Shown here in pieces: positions 1 through 7,417 of a stretch of DNA of 33,325 nt. The DNA comes from Gemmatimonadales bacterium (GTDB lineage: Bacteria; Gemmatimonadota; Gemmatimonadetes; Gemmatimonadales; GWC2-71-9), in NCBI GenBank assembly GCA_039794085.1, contig JBDIWC010000043.1:1-33325 (forward strand). The letters run 5' to 3'. Numbering within the stretch: the stretch's first letter is position 1; each line of letters starts with the position of its first letter. A program made the position numbers and the translations under genes. The notes under the pieces were generated by a model. That model did not search any database. It had not been told where the DNA came from and saw only the letters and a list, made by a program, of their open reading frames with translations.

Positions 1-83
1 GCGAGAGAGGTTTCTGTGCCTTTTGTGCTTCTTGTGGTTGGCTCTGGGGGCGGGGAGAGGGCTCCGGAGGGACAGGAACCCAT

Positions 84-235
84 GCCGAAGCCGGAAGAGC
101 CCAACCCTGAAGTGGATGGACCCGTCTTGTGAACCCGAGCCAACTTGCTCCATGGCCAAGCGGTTGGCGTTCCCCTGGGCGAAGGCCCCGGGGAACCCAC
201 GCGACCCCGACGCACCTCTGTGGTTCCGGCTCGGC
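84..235. ncRNA. Candidate structured non-coding RNA/element of unknown family
   Basis: 84-96 GCCGAAGCCGGAA pairs with 224-235 TTCCGGCTCGGC. Internal hairpins: GCCAAC(139-144)/GTTGGC(163-168) and GTTCCCC-T-GGGC-GAAG-GCCC-C-GGGGAAC (169-196). No convincing ORF here. Confidence 0.35.
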
Positions 236-249
236 CGGCTTGGGGAGCA

Positions 250-410
250 GGGAATAGGGAGTAGGGGGGGGACTGCATGCCGTCATCGCGAGGAGGCGGA
301 GCCGACGAAGCAATCCCGTGAGCGAAGGCCCGCTTTACGAGACGGACGGGCGGCCTTCATGCCGGAGCCAGGGCCCCCCTATCGCCTACTCCCTATTCCC
401 TATTCCCTAC
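250..410. repeat. 7-mer simple repeats (GGGAATA/CCTATTC) in inverted orientation, enclosing a REP-like element
   Basis: GGGAATAGGGAGTAGGG at 250-266 and CCTATCG-CCTACTC-CCTATTC-CCTATTC-CCTAC at 378-410. A related tract lies at 29441-29474. Confidence 0.6.
282..317 (+). repeat. REP-like palindromic element (GTCATYGCGAG...GCAATCCC family)
   Basis: GTCATCGCGAGGAGGCGGAGCCGACGAAGCAATCCC; a second 36-nt copy lies on the minus strand at 25825-25860. Confidence 0.65.
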
Positions 411-467
411 CATCCCGCCCTTGACTTACCGTCTCCTCGGGTGATTCTCCGACAAGGAGGATTGCCT

Positions 468-3197
468 GTGTCTCGTCGAAAACTCGTTGTTCCGCTGCTG
501 GTGGCACTCTTTGTCGTCGCCCTGCTGCTGTTGCCCGCCCTCTCCCGACTGATCACCGAATGGTGGTGGTTCAGGGAGGTGGGATACCAAGTCGTCTTCA
601 CCAATGAACTGGTGACGCGGTTCGGGCTCTTCCTCGGGGGTGGGTTGATCACCACGGGGGTTCTCTACCTGAATCTGCGGGCGGCCCAGAGGGGAATGGT
701 GACCCATCCGGCCCTTCGCCGCGTGGGCGAGGCCCTCCCCAACGTCAATGTCCCCGTGCTGCTGCGCAGTCTCTCCCTTCCCGTGGCCATTGGATTCGGC
801 CTGCTGGGGGGGCTGGCAGGCTCCTCCGCCTGGGACACGGTGCTGCAGGCCGCCAACACCACCTCGTTCGGTGTCACCGACCCGATCTTCGGGCGGGATG
901 TCGGCTGGTACGTGTTCACACTTCCCGCCATCGAGGCGGGCCTGGGGCTGTTGTTCGCCCTGACGATGCTGAGTCTTCTCTTCATCGTGCCGCTCTACTT
1001 TCTCCGCGGCGACATTCTTTCGCGTCCTCCGACCCTCCGGCTGCATCGGCCGGCGGGGATGCACATCGCAATTCTCCTCGCGGTGATGTTCCTGCTCACC
1101 GCCATCCGGCTCTGGGTGGTGGATGTGGCCGGGCTCCTGTACTCCACGACCGGCCCGTTGGTGGGGGCCAGCTACGCCGACATCCACGCCAGTCTCCCCA
1201 CGATCCGCTTCACCGCCGTCCTCGCCCTGCTGGCGGGTGTCATCGTGGTCGTGGGAGGTCTCAAGGGGAAGCTGCCCCGTTACGGTCTCGTGGCCCTGGG
1301 GGGGTATTTCGCGGTGGCCCTGCTCGGGCGCGGGCTCTACCCCGCCGCCATCCAGAAGTTCGTGGTGGCGCCCACCGAGCTGACCCGGGAAACGCCGTAC
1401 CTGACGCACCACATTGCCGCCACACGGCAGGCCTGGGGAATCGACAGCGTGGACACGCGGGAACTCGATGGGGAGGCGACGCTGACCCTCTCCGACATCC
1501 GGGACAACGCGCCCACGATCGAGAACGTGCGCCTCTGGGACCGTGGCCCCCTGCTCGAGACCTTCGGACAGCTGCAGGAAATTCGGACCTACTACGATTT
1601 CGTCTCGGTCGATGACGACCGCTACATGATCGATGGAAAGTACCGTCAGGTGTTGCTCTCCCCCCGGGAGCTCAACGTCGCCTCCCTCCCCACCCGCACC
1701 TTCATCAACGAGCACCTCACCTTCACCCATGGCATGGGTCTGACGCTGAGTCCGGTGAACCAGGTGACGGTCGAGGGGCTTCCGGTCCTCTTCATCCGTG
1801 ACCTCCCGCCGGTGTCCGACGTGTCGCTCCAGGTCACCCGTCCCCAGATCTACTTCGGGGAGCTGGCCAACGAGTATGTGTTCGTGGGGACGCGCCAGCG
1901 GGAGTTCGATCATCCCTCGGGCGACGCCAACGTCTACGCGGCCTACGAAGGCACGGGCGGGGTACCGGTGACGAGCCTTCTGCGCCGGCTGGTGCTCGCC
2001 GTGCGGTTCGGCTCCACCAAGATTCTCCTGTCGGGAGACATCACCAACGAGAGCCGCGTCCTCTACTACCGGAACATCCGGGCGCGGGCGTCCCGGGCCT
2101 TCCCCTTCCTGCACTTCGACCGGGATCCCTACATGGTGGTGGCGGATGACGGAAGTCTGCAGTGGATCCTCGACGCCTACACCTCCACTACCCGTTACCC
2201 CTACTCCTCACGACTCACCGACGGCACCAGTTACATGCGGAACTCCGTGAAGGTGGTACTGGATGCCTATCACGGCTCGATGCGGGCCTTCGTCAGTGAT
2301 CCGGGTGATCCCCTGGTGCGGACCTGGGGCAAAGTCTTCCCCGGGATCTTTGAGCCGCTGGACGCCATGCCCGACGACCTGCGGCGGCACATCCGCTATC
2401 CCGACGAGCTCTATCGCGTCCAGGCCACCCTTTACACCACCTATCACATGGAGGCGCCGGAGGACTTCTATCACCGGGAGGATCAGTGGCAGATCCCGGC
2501 CGTCACCCGGGCGGACGGCTCCACACCGTTCATGCGACACCTCGTGATGCGCCTCCCCGACGAGGATGAGGCAGAGTTCATCTACATGGTGCCGTTCACG
2601 CCAAGGGGCAAGGACAACCTGGCGGCCTGGATGGTGGCGCGGAACGATGGTGACGTCTACGGAACCCTCCGGGTCTATCGCCTGAGCCGGCAGAGCCTGG
2701 TGTTCGGTCCCACCCAGATCACCAATCGCATCAACCAGGACACCGAGGTCTCCCGGCAGGTCACCCTCTGGGATCAATCGGGCAGCAGGGTCATCCGGGG
2801 CGACTTGCTGGTCATCCCGATCGAGCAGAGCCTCCTCTATGTCCAGCCCCTCTATCTGCAGGCGGAAGGCGGCAAGATCCCCGAACTCAAACGGGTCGTC
2901 GTCGCCTATCAGAATCAGGTGGTGATGCGGGAGACGCTCGACGGCGCCCTGAGCGAACTGTTCGGGGGAGCTTCGGCGGCCCCGACGGATCGTCCCCGCG
3001 ATGTCACCCTTCCCGTGGCCGCCGGAACCGAGCCGCCGAGCACCGCGATCGGTGCGGAGATCCGGGCCCTGGTGGAGGAGGCCCGCCAGCGCTACGAAGC
3101 GGCCATGGAGGCGCAGCGGGCGGGAGACTGGGCCCGCTACGGCGACGAGATCAAGCGGCTCGGCGAACTCCTGGAGCGCCTGGCCCGCAACCGGTAA
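468..3197 (+). CDS. UPF0182 family integral membrane protein
   Basis: EWWWFREVGY, DPIFGRDVGWYVFTLP, NVRLWD, QLQEIRTYYDF, HLTFTHGMG and PELKRVVV motifs. GTG at 468 follows AGGAGG (455-460), so the ORF-track start at 318 is probably too long. Confidence 0.93.
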   Translation: MSRRKLVVPLLVALFVVALLLLPALSRLITEWWWFREVGYQVVFTNELVTRFGLFLGGGLITTGVLYLNLRAAQRGMVTHPALRRVGEALPNVNVPVLLRSLSLPVAIGFGLLGGLAGSSAWDTVLQAANTTSFGVTDPIFGRDVGWYVFTLPAIEAGLGLLFALTMLSLLFIVPLYFLRGDILSRPPTLRLHRPAGMHIAILLAVMFLLTAIRLWVVDVAGLLYSTTGPLVGASYADIHASLPTIRFTAVLALLAGVIVVVGGLKGKLPRYGLVALGGYFAVALLGRGLYPAAIQKFVVAPTELTRETPYLTHHIAATRQAWGIDSVDTRELDGEATLTLSDIRDNAPTIENVRLWDRGPLLETFGQLQEIRTYYDFVSVDDDRYMIDGKYRQVLLSPRELNVASLPTRTFINEHLTFTHGMGLTLSPVNQVTVEGLPVLFIRDLPPVSDVSLQVTRPQIYFGELANEYVFVGTRQREFDHPSGDANVYAAYEGTGGVPVTSLLRRLVLAVRFGSTKILLSGDITNESRVLYYRNIRARASRAFPFLHFDRDPYMVVADDGSLQWILDAYTSTTRYPYSSRLTDGTSYMRNSVKVVLDAYHGSMRAFVSDPGDPLVRTWGKVFPGIFEPLDAMPDDLRRHIRYPDELYRVQATLYTTYHMEAPEDFYHREDQWQIPAVTRADGSTPFMRHLVMRLPDEDEAEFIYMVPFTPRGKDNLAAWMVARNDGDVYGTLRVYRLSRQSLVFGPTQITNRINQDTEVSRQVTLWDQSGSRVIRGDLLVIPIEQSLLYVQPLYLQAEGGKIPELKRVVVAYQNQVVMRETLDGALSELFGGASAAPTDRPRDVTLPVAAGTEPPSTAIGAEIRALVEEARQRYEAAMEAQRAGDWARYGDEIKRLGELLERLARNR

Positions 3198-3219
3198 CCT
3201 GGGAGCGGTCGGCGGTAAC

Positions 3220-3296
3220 CCCTGGGACCGCCCCGCTCCAGCGTGGCGTGCCGGGAAGTTGGGTGCGCGCCGGGCTGGAGCCCGGCGATCCCAGGG
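3220..3296. repeat. REPIN-like element (pair of CCCTGGGA..GCCGGGCTCCAGCCCGGC REPs)
   Basis: Its reverse complement aligns closely with 12045-12122. It lies between convergent genes and has short duplicated flanks (GGTAACC, GCGATCCCAGGGG). Confidence 0.75.
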
Positions 3297-3323
3297 GTGG
3301 CGCGATCCCAGGGGTGCCGCGCC

Positions 3324-5561
3324 TCATGGGGTACCTCCGCCTCCCGATGACGCAACCGTCACACTCACCCGGGTCGGCTGGGGCGCGGGCGTGAACACCC
3401 GATCGTGGGCATCCTTCACCGGAACCACCGTCAGAGCATAGTTGCCGGGATTCGGCCAGACCAGGCTGATGACGAATTCCTGCGCAGGACTAGAAGTGCA
3501 GGTGCCATTCCCCTGCGCGGCATTCCATGAGCACGCCGACGGGCGTCCTGCCGGAGCGGGCGCGGGCGTGGCGCCGCCGGTCCAATTCACCTGGTAGGTC
3601 ACCCGGTTGGTGTAGGGGTAGCAGGTCGGCATTCTCACCTTGTGGTTGGTGGGCTGTCCCGCCACCGGCGGCCCCGTGCTCTCGACCATTGCCACCAAGG
3701 CATTGGAGCCGCCGGGCGCCACATCGCGGAACCAGAGATGCTTCTTGGCCATCAACTCTTGCCGATACGAATTGCCGACGATCTTGCCGAGCACCAGTGC
3801 CTCGGCCCGCAGCTCCACGCCCCAATCGAGGTCGGCGCTGAGGACGTGATTCTCCTGGCTGGTGGAGGCCCCACCCGCCGTCTGAGAGCCGGCGGCGGCC
3901 GCGCAACCGGAGGCCATGCCCAGCAGATACGGCTGGGGACCGACTCGGGCACTCAGCGCCTCGTAGTTGAAATCGAGCTGGAGGGCGGTATAGATAGCCG
4001 GCTTTACGGTGACGGTGCCCTCGATCTGGGCGCTCTCGTTCGTGGTGGTGGCGGCGGGCTGTCTCAGGGAGCGAGCGGTGCACCCCCTCCCGCTGCAGCC
4101 GAAGCTGAACTCCGTCGGATTGGAATTCTTGACTTGGAACTGGCCCTCGGCCTTGCCCTCCGCGCTGACCTGGATCTCGCCCTCGATGTAGGCGCTCACG
4201 TCCATTTCGGCGACGGGGACGCCGCCAATGACAATGGGAAACACCTGAATCGGAATGACCGGACCGCCGGTCGGCGGGATGGTGAAGGTCTTGTTGAAGC
4301 TTCCGGTCGCTGACACGATGGTCTTGAGTTCCTGCCCCACGGTCAGGACCCCGGATCCCCTGAGAGCCTTGGGACGAATCGCAAAGGGGAGGCAGGGGAT
4401 ATAGAACAGGTCGAGCCGGGCGGCAACGTTGGACCGCATGGGGATCCCTATGGTGGCACTCCCGGAGACCGTCCCTTGGGCCGAACCCTTCGAGCCGCTC
4501 TGGGAGAGATTCACGGTCATCGAGGGCGTGATGTCGAACTCCACCGGGATGTTGCCCGAAATGGTCCGCTCGGTGAAGCACTCCAGCGATGTCTCCCAGA
4601 CATCGGCGAGGGTCTCTTTGGCGGTTTCCCACTCATTGGAGGCGTGGTCGAACGTCCTTTTCCACTCGTCGCTCACAGCCTGCCCGGCACAATCCCAGGA
4701 ATCGTACCAGTTGCCGCACTTCTTCTCCTTGGGCTCGGTCGGCTTGACGTCGTCGGGGACCGGGTGGGCGGCAATCCACTCCCGGGCCAACTGCGTGTTG
4801 ACCATGTAATGATCGGACTGGTCCAACGGCGTCCTTCGCACCAGCATCTCGATCAGCCGCTTCGCACCTGGTGGGAGACCGGGAGCTTCCCCGACCGCCT
4901 TGAGTCCGCGCAGGTAGAGCACCGGGGCACTCACGCTTCGGCCGGCGACCTGCGTGGTCACGCTGGCGGTCTGAAAGCGGCTGGCCGCCCGGGTCCGCTG
5001 AGCGGTTCGGGCCACCGGCGGACCAAAGGTCACCGCGGGCAACACGTTCACCATGGCGGCGGTGATCGGCGCTGCGTTTACGGCTCGCGCGGCCGGCTGC
5101 CTGGGAGCCGCCGGTGGAGCCGGAGGCGGGGGCGGGGGCGGGGGAGGCGCCTGGCGCGCGGCCGGAGTGGGAGCGGGCGCTGGAGGCCGCGGTGCCGGTG
5201 CTGCTGTCGGGGCGTTCGGCCCACTGGTGATCGCACAGCACGCGGTCCGCCCGTCCAGCGACACCTGCCGGGTCCTGAAATTGGCGAACACGCCCTGTCC
5301 GACTCGGAGCGTCGCGAGCGTCCTGGCGTTGGTCACCTTGAATTGAAAGACATTCCCGTTCGCCGTGATCGTGCCGGTGACGACACCGGTTGCGGCTTCG
5401 ACCGTAGTGATGGAGCAGCAGGCGGTCGGCGTTTGGGCGCGAGCGCTCACCGGAGCCAGCGAAATCACGATTATCGCGGGGGCAAAGTACCTGTCAGCGA
5501 AGCACATCGATTTCTCCGATCTGATGGCGGCCATTCCGATCGCCGCGGTTGCCGGTGTCAC
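3324..5561 (-). CDS. Large secreted hypothetical protein (small CC-bounded beta domain, Pro-rich linker, Trp-rich helix, long beta-rich region)
   Basis: 745-aa ORF with a signal-like segment ending SARA/Q. GTGA overlap with the upstream gene stop (5558-5561). The start may be slightly downstream. Confidence 0.8.
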   Translation of the reverse strand: MTPATAAIGMAAIRSEKSMCFADRYFAPAIIVISLAPVSARAQTPTACCSITTVEAATGVVTGTITANGNVFQFKVTNARTLATLRVGQGVFANFRTRQVSLDGRTACCAITSGPNAPTAAPAPRPPAPAPTPAARQAPPPPPPPPPAPPAAPRQPAARAVNAAPITAAMVNVLPAVTFGPPVARTAQRTRAASRFQTASVTTQVAGRSVSAPVLYLRGLKAVGEAPGLPPGAKRLIEMLVRRTPLDQSDHYMVNTQLAREWIAAHPVPDDVKPTEPKEKKCGNWYDSWDCAGQAVSDEWKRTFDHASNEWETAKETLADVWETSLECFTERTISGNIPVEFDITPSMTVNLSQSGSKGSAQGTVSGSATIGIPMRSNVAARLDLFYIPCLPFAIRPKALRGSGVLTVGQELKTIVSATGSFNKTFTIPPTGGPVIPIQVFPIVIGGVPVAEMDVSAYIEGEIQVSAEGKAEGQFQVKNSNPTEFSFGCSGRGCTARSLRQPAATTTNESAQIEGTVTVKPAIYTALQLDFNYEALSARVGPQPYLLGMASGCAAAAGSQTAGGASTSQENHVLSADLDWGVELRAEALVLGKIVGNSYRQELMAKKHLWFRDVAPGGSNALVAMVESTGPPVAGQPTNHKVRMPTCYPYTNRVTYQVNWTGGATPAPAPAGRPSACSWNAAQGNGTCTSSPAQEFVISLVWPNPGNYALTVVPVKDAHDRVFTPAPQPTRVSVTVASSGGGGTP

Positions 5562-7360
5562 GGGATCTTGATCTTCTTCTTGAGCGACCCGCCCAATCCC
5601 TTCTTCGCCTTCTTCTCGGCTTCCTTTTTGAGGGGCGCCGCCGTCGAGTCGGCGAACGATCGAGCGGAATCCGCCACCATCCCGATCGCGGCCGGTGTCG
5701 CTGTGCTACCCTCCGTGTCGCCCGGGGGTTCGACCTGGGGAGGGAGCTCCTGCTGGAACGCGACCTTGGTCGTTTGGTGGAGGGATTGGGCAGCGCTGCC
5801 GAGCCGGGCCAGCGCCGTCTGCGCGCCGTCCTTGTCGGTGGCACTCGTGAATTCCCGGATGGCGCTCCGCACATCACTCAGCTGGGAGGGCATGGTGGAG
5901 ATCATCCGGAGGCCGGCCACCAGCAGGTTGGTGTTTTTGAACCGGGATACGAACTGGGGCAGGTTCTGCAGCACCGCGCCGAGGATGACATCGAGCCGGT
6001 TGAGCGGTTTGCCGCAGCAGGACGTGATGAAGGGGGAAGGCGCGAAGGTGTCCTGCGCGAAGGTGTCCTGGGCGATGCTGTCGGCTGCGGGCGGAGTGAC
6101 TGCGGGTGCCCCCCCCTCCGGGGTTGCGGAACCCGTGGTATCGGGGAGCTGATCCACCATGCGGGTGAGGTCCTGGACGAATCCGTCCAGTTCAGTCAGC
6201 TGATCTTCCAGCGGCGAGTCGAATGCCGGCATCGCGGGGGCGAGGACCGACGCCGGCGGGACCGCCTGGGCGGTGGGCACCACGCTGTAGCGGAACACCA
6301 TCCCGTGGTCGCCCACGAGATAGGCTCGATCCCGTCGTGGGAAACTCCAAGCCCGTGGCGGGGCGGGAAAGCGAAACGTACGCGAGTTCCACCGGGTTCC
6401 CCCGTCCACCGTAAAGCTCATCTTCTCGTGGTACTCCAGCGCCCAGCCGACCTCGGGGTCGGCAAAGATCAGGCTGCTGTAAGGGCTCACGCTCGCGAGA
6501 AGACCTTTCCAGGTCGCGCCGCCGTCGGTGGTGCGCGAGAGCTTTCCATCGGTGGTCCGAACGATCCCCGTGTTCTCATCGGTGAAAAACAGATCGGTCG
6601 CGCCCACCACCTCGGGATCGCCGGGGCCGACGAAAAAGTTCCAGCTCTCACCGCCGTCCTCGGTTTTTGCCAGGATCGGCGGGTATTCGCACGGACCGAC
6701 GCACCTGGTCTTGGCGACGAGGTACCCGACCGACGGTGTGACGAACTGAATCCGGCCGACGGTGCAGCCGATCTCGCGACTGAGTCCGCCCACGGTGGCT
6801 TTGACGGAGCATGCGGCGACCGGCTTCCAGGTTCTGCCGCCGTCCCGGGTCTTGAGAAGGGTCGATGGCACACTTCCCATCCCGAGGAATCCCGCCGCGA
6901 CGCCTTCGGTCGGGGAGCTCATTGCCAGGGCATGGATGTACTGGGGGGCAGCGCCAAGGTCCTCCCACGATTCCCCGTCCTCGGTGCGCAGGATCCGGGC
7001 GGAGCTGCTGCCCGCTCCCCCGATCACCGCCCAACCGTGGGTTTCATCGAGGAAACGCAGGAGTCGGACCGGAGGATCGGCGGATTGTGGATCGCCGCCC
7101 ATCTGCGCCGTCCAGGTCGCGCCGCCGTCTCCCGTGTGGATGATCGTTCCTTTGGATCCGGCGACCCAACCCTTGTCGATCGTGACGAAGAAGACTTCGC
7201 GGAAGTCGAGGTCTTCGCTGAAGCTCACCGGCTCCCAGACGCCCTTGAACCCGGGGTCGCGAGCCGGTTGCTGCGCAGCCAGCGGGACGGCGATGAGCAG
7301 GGCGAGGGCCGCTCGCCAAGCCTGGCGGTGGGTAACGCAAATGCGGGGGGAGGTCGGCAT
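5558..7360 (-). CDS. Secreted YCF48/BNR (Asp-box) repeat beta-propeller protein with helical C-terminal domain
   Basis: Signal peptide (ALALLIAVPLAA/Q). Six T-x-D-G-(G)-x-(T/S/R)-W Asp-boxes (TGDGGATW, TEDGESW, TRDGGRTW, TEDGGESW, TTDGGATW, TVDGGTRW). AGGAG RBS upstream. Confidence 0.88.
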   Translation of the reverse strand: MPTSPRICVTHRQAWRAALALLIAVPLAAQQPARDPGFKGVWEPVSFSEDLDFREVFFVTIDKGWVAGSKGTIIHTGDGGATWTAQMGGDPQSADPPVRLLRFLDETHGWAVIGGAGSSSARILRTEDGESWEDLGAAPQYIHALAMSSPTEGVAAGFLGMGSVPSTLLKTRDGGRTWKPVAACSVKATVGGLSREIGCTVGRIQFVTPSVGYLVAKTRCVGPCEYPPILAKTEDGGESWNFFVGPGDPEVVGATDLFFTDENTGIVRTTDGKLSRTTDGGATWKGLLASVSPYSSLIFADPEVGWALEYHEKMSFTVDGGTRWNSRTFRFPAPPRAWSFPRRDRAYLVGDHGMVFRYSVVPTAQAVPPASVLAPAMPAFDSPLEDQLTELDGFVQDLTRMVDQLPDTTGSATPEGGAPAVTPPAADSIAQDTFAQDTFAPSPFITSCCGKPLNRLDVILGAVLQNLPQFVSRFKNTNLLVAGLRMISTMPSQLSDVRSAIREFTSATDKDGAQTALARLGSAAQSLHQTTKVAFQQELPPQVEPPGDTEGSTATPAAIGMVADSARSFADSTAAPLKKEAEKKAKKGLGGSLKKKIKIP

Positions 7361-7417
7361 GCCAGTGGCTCCTGTGATGGATAGCTCACTGGATGGGTCC
7401 CCGATCGGCGGCGGGCG

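Noticed and set aside
196..226. Lysine riboswitch-like AGAGGTGC on the minus strand
   Set aside because: The other conserved lysine riboswitch elements are not visible.
426..2114. 562-aa minus-strand ORF, and similar long antisense ORFs (4476-6152, 5549-7384, 8147-9781, 13748-15163, 25829-27955)
   Set aside because: Shadow ORFs opposite well-supported genes in high-GC DNA; no recognisable motifs.
3198..3320. Possible CRISPR array or type III-E CRISPR locus, given the CHAT plus sigma genes
   Set aside because: No regularly spaced identical repeats with unique spacers and no cas genes; the repeats are REP-like palindromes.
5090..5220. G-rich tract resembling a G-quadruplex or repeat
   Set aside because: Explained by the poly-Pro/Ala linker codons of the 745-aa protein.
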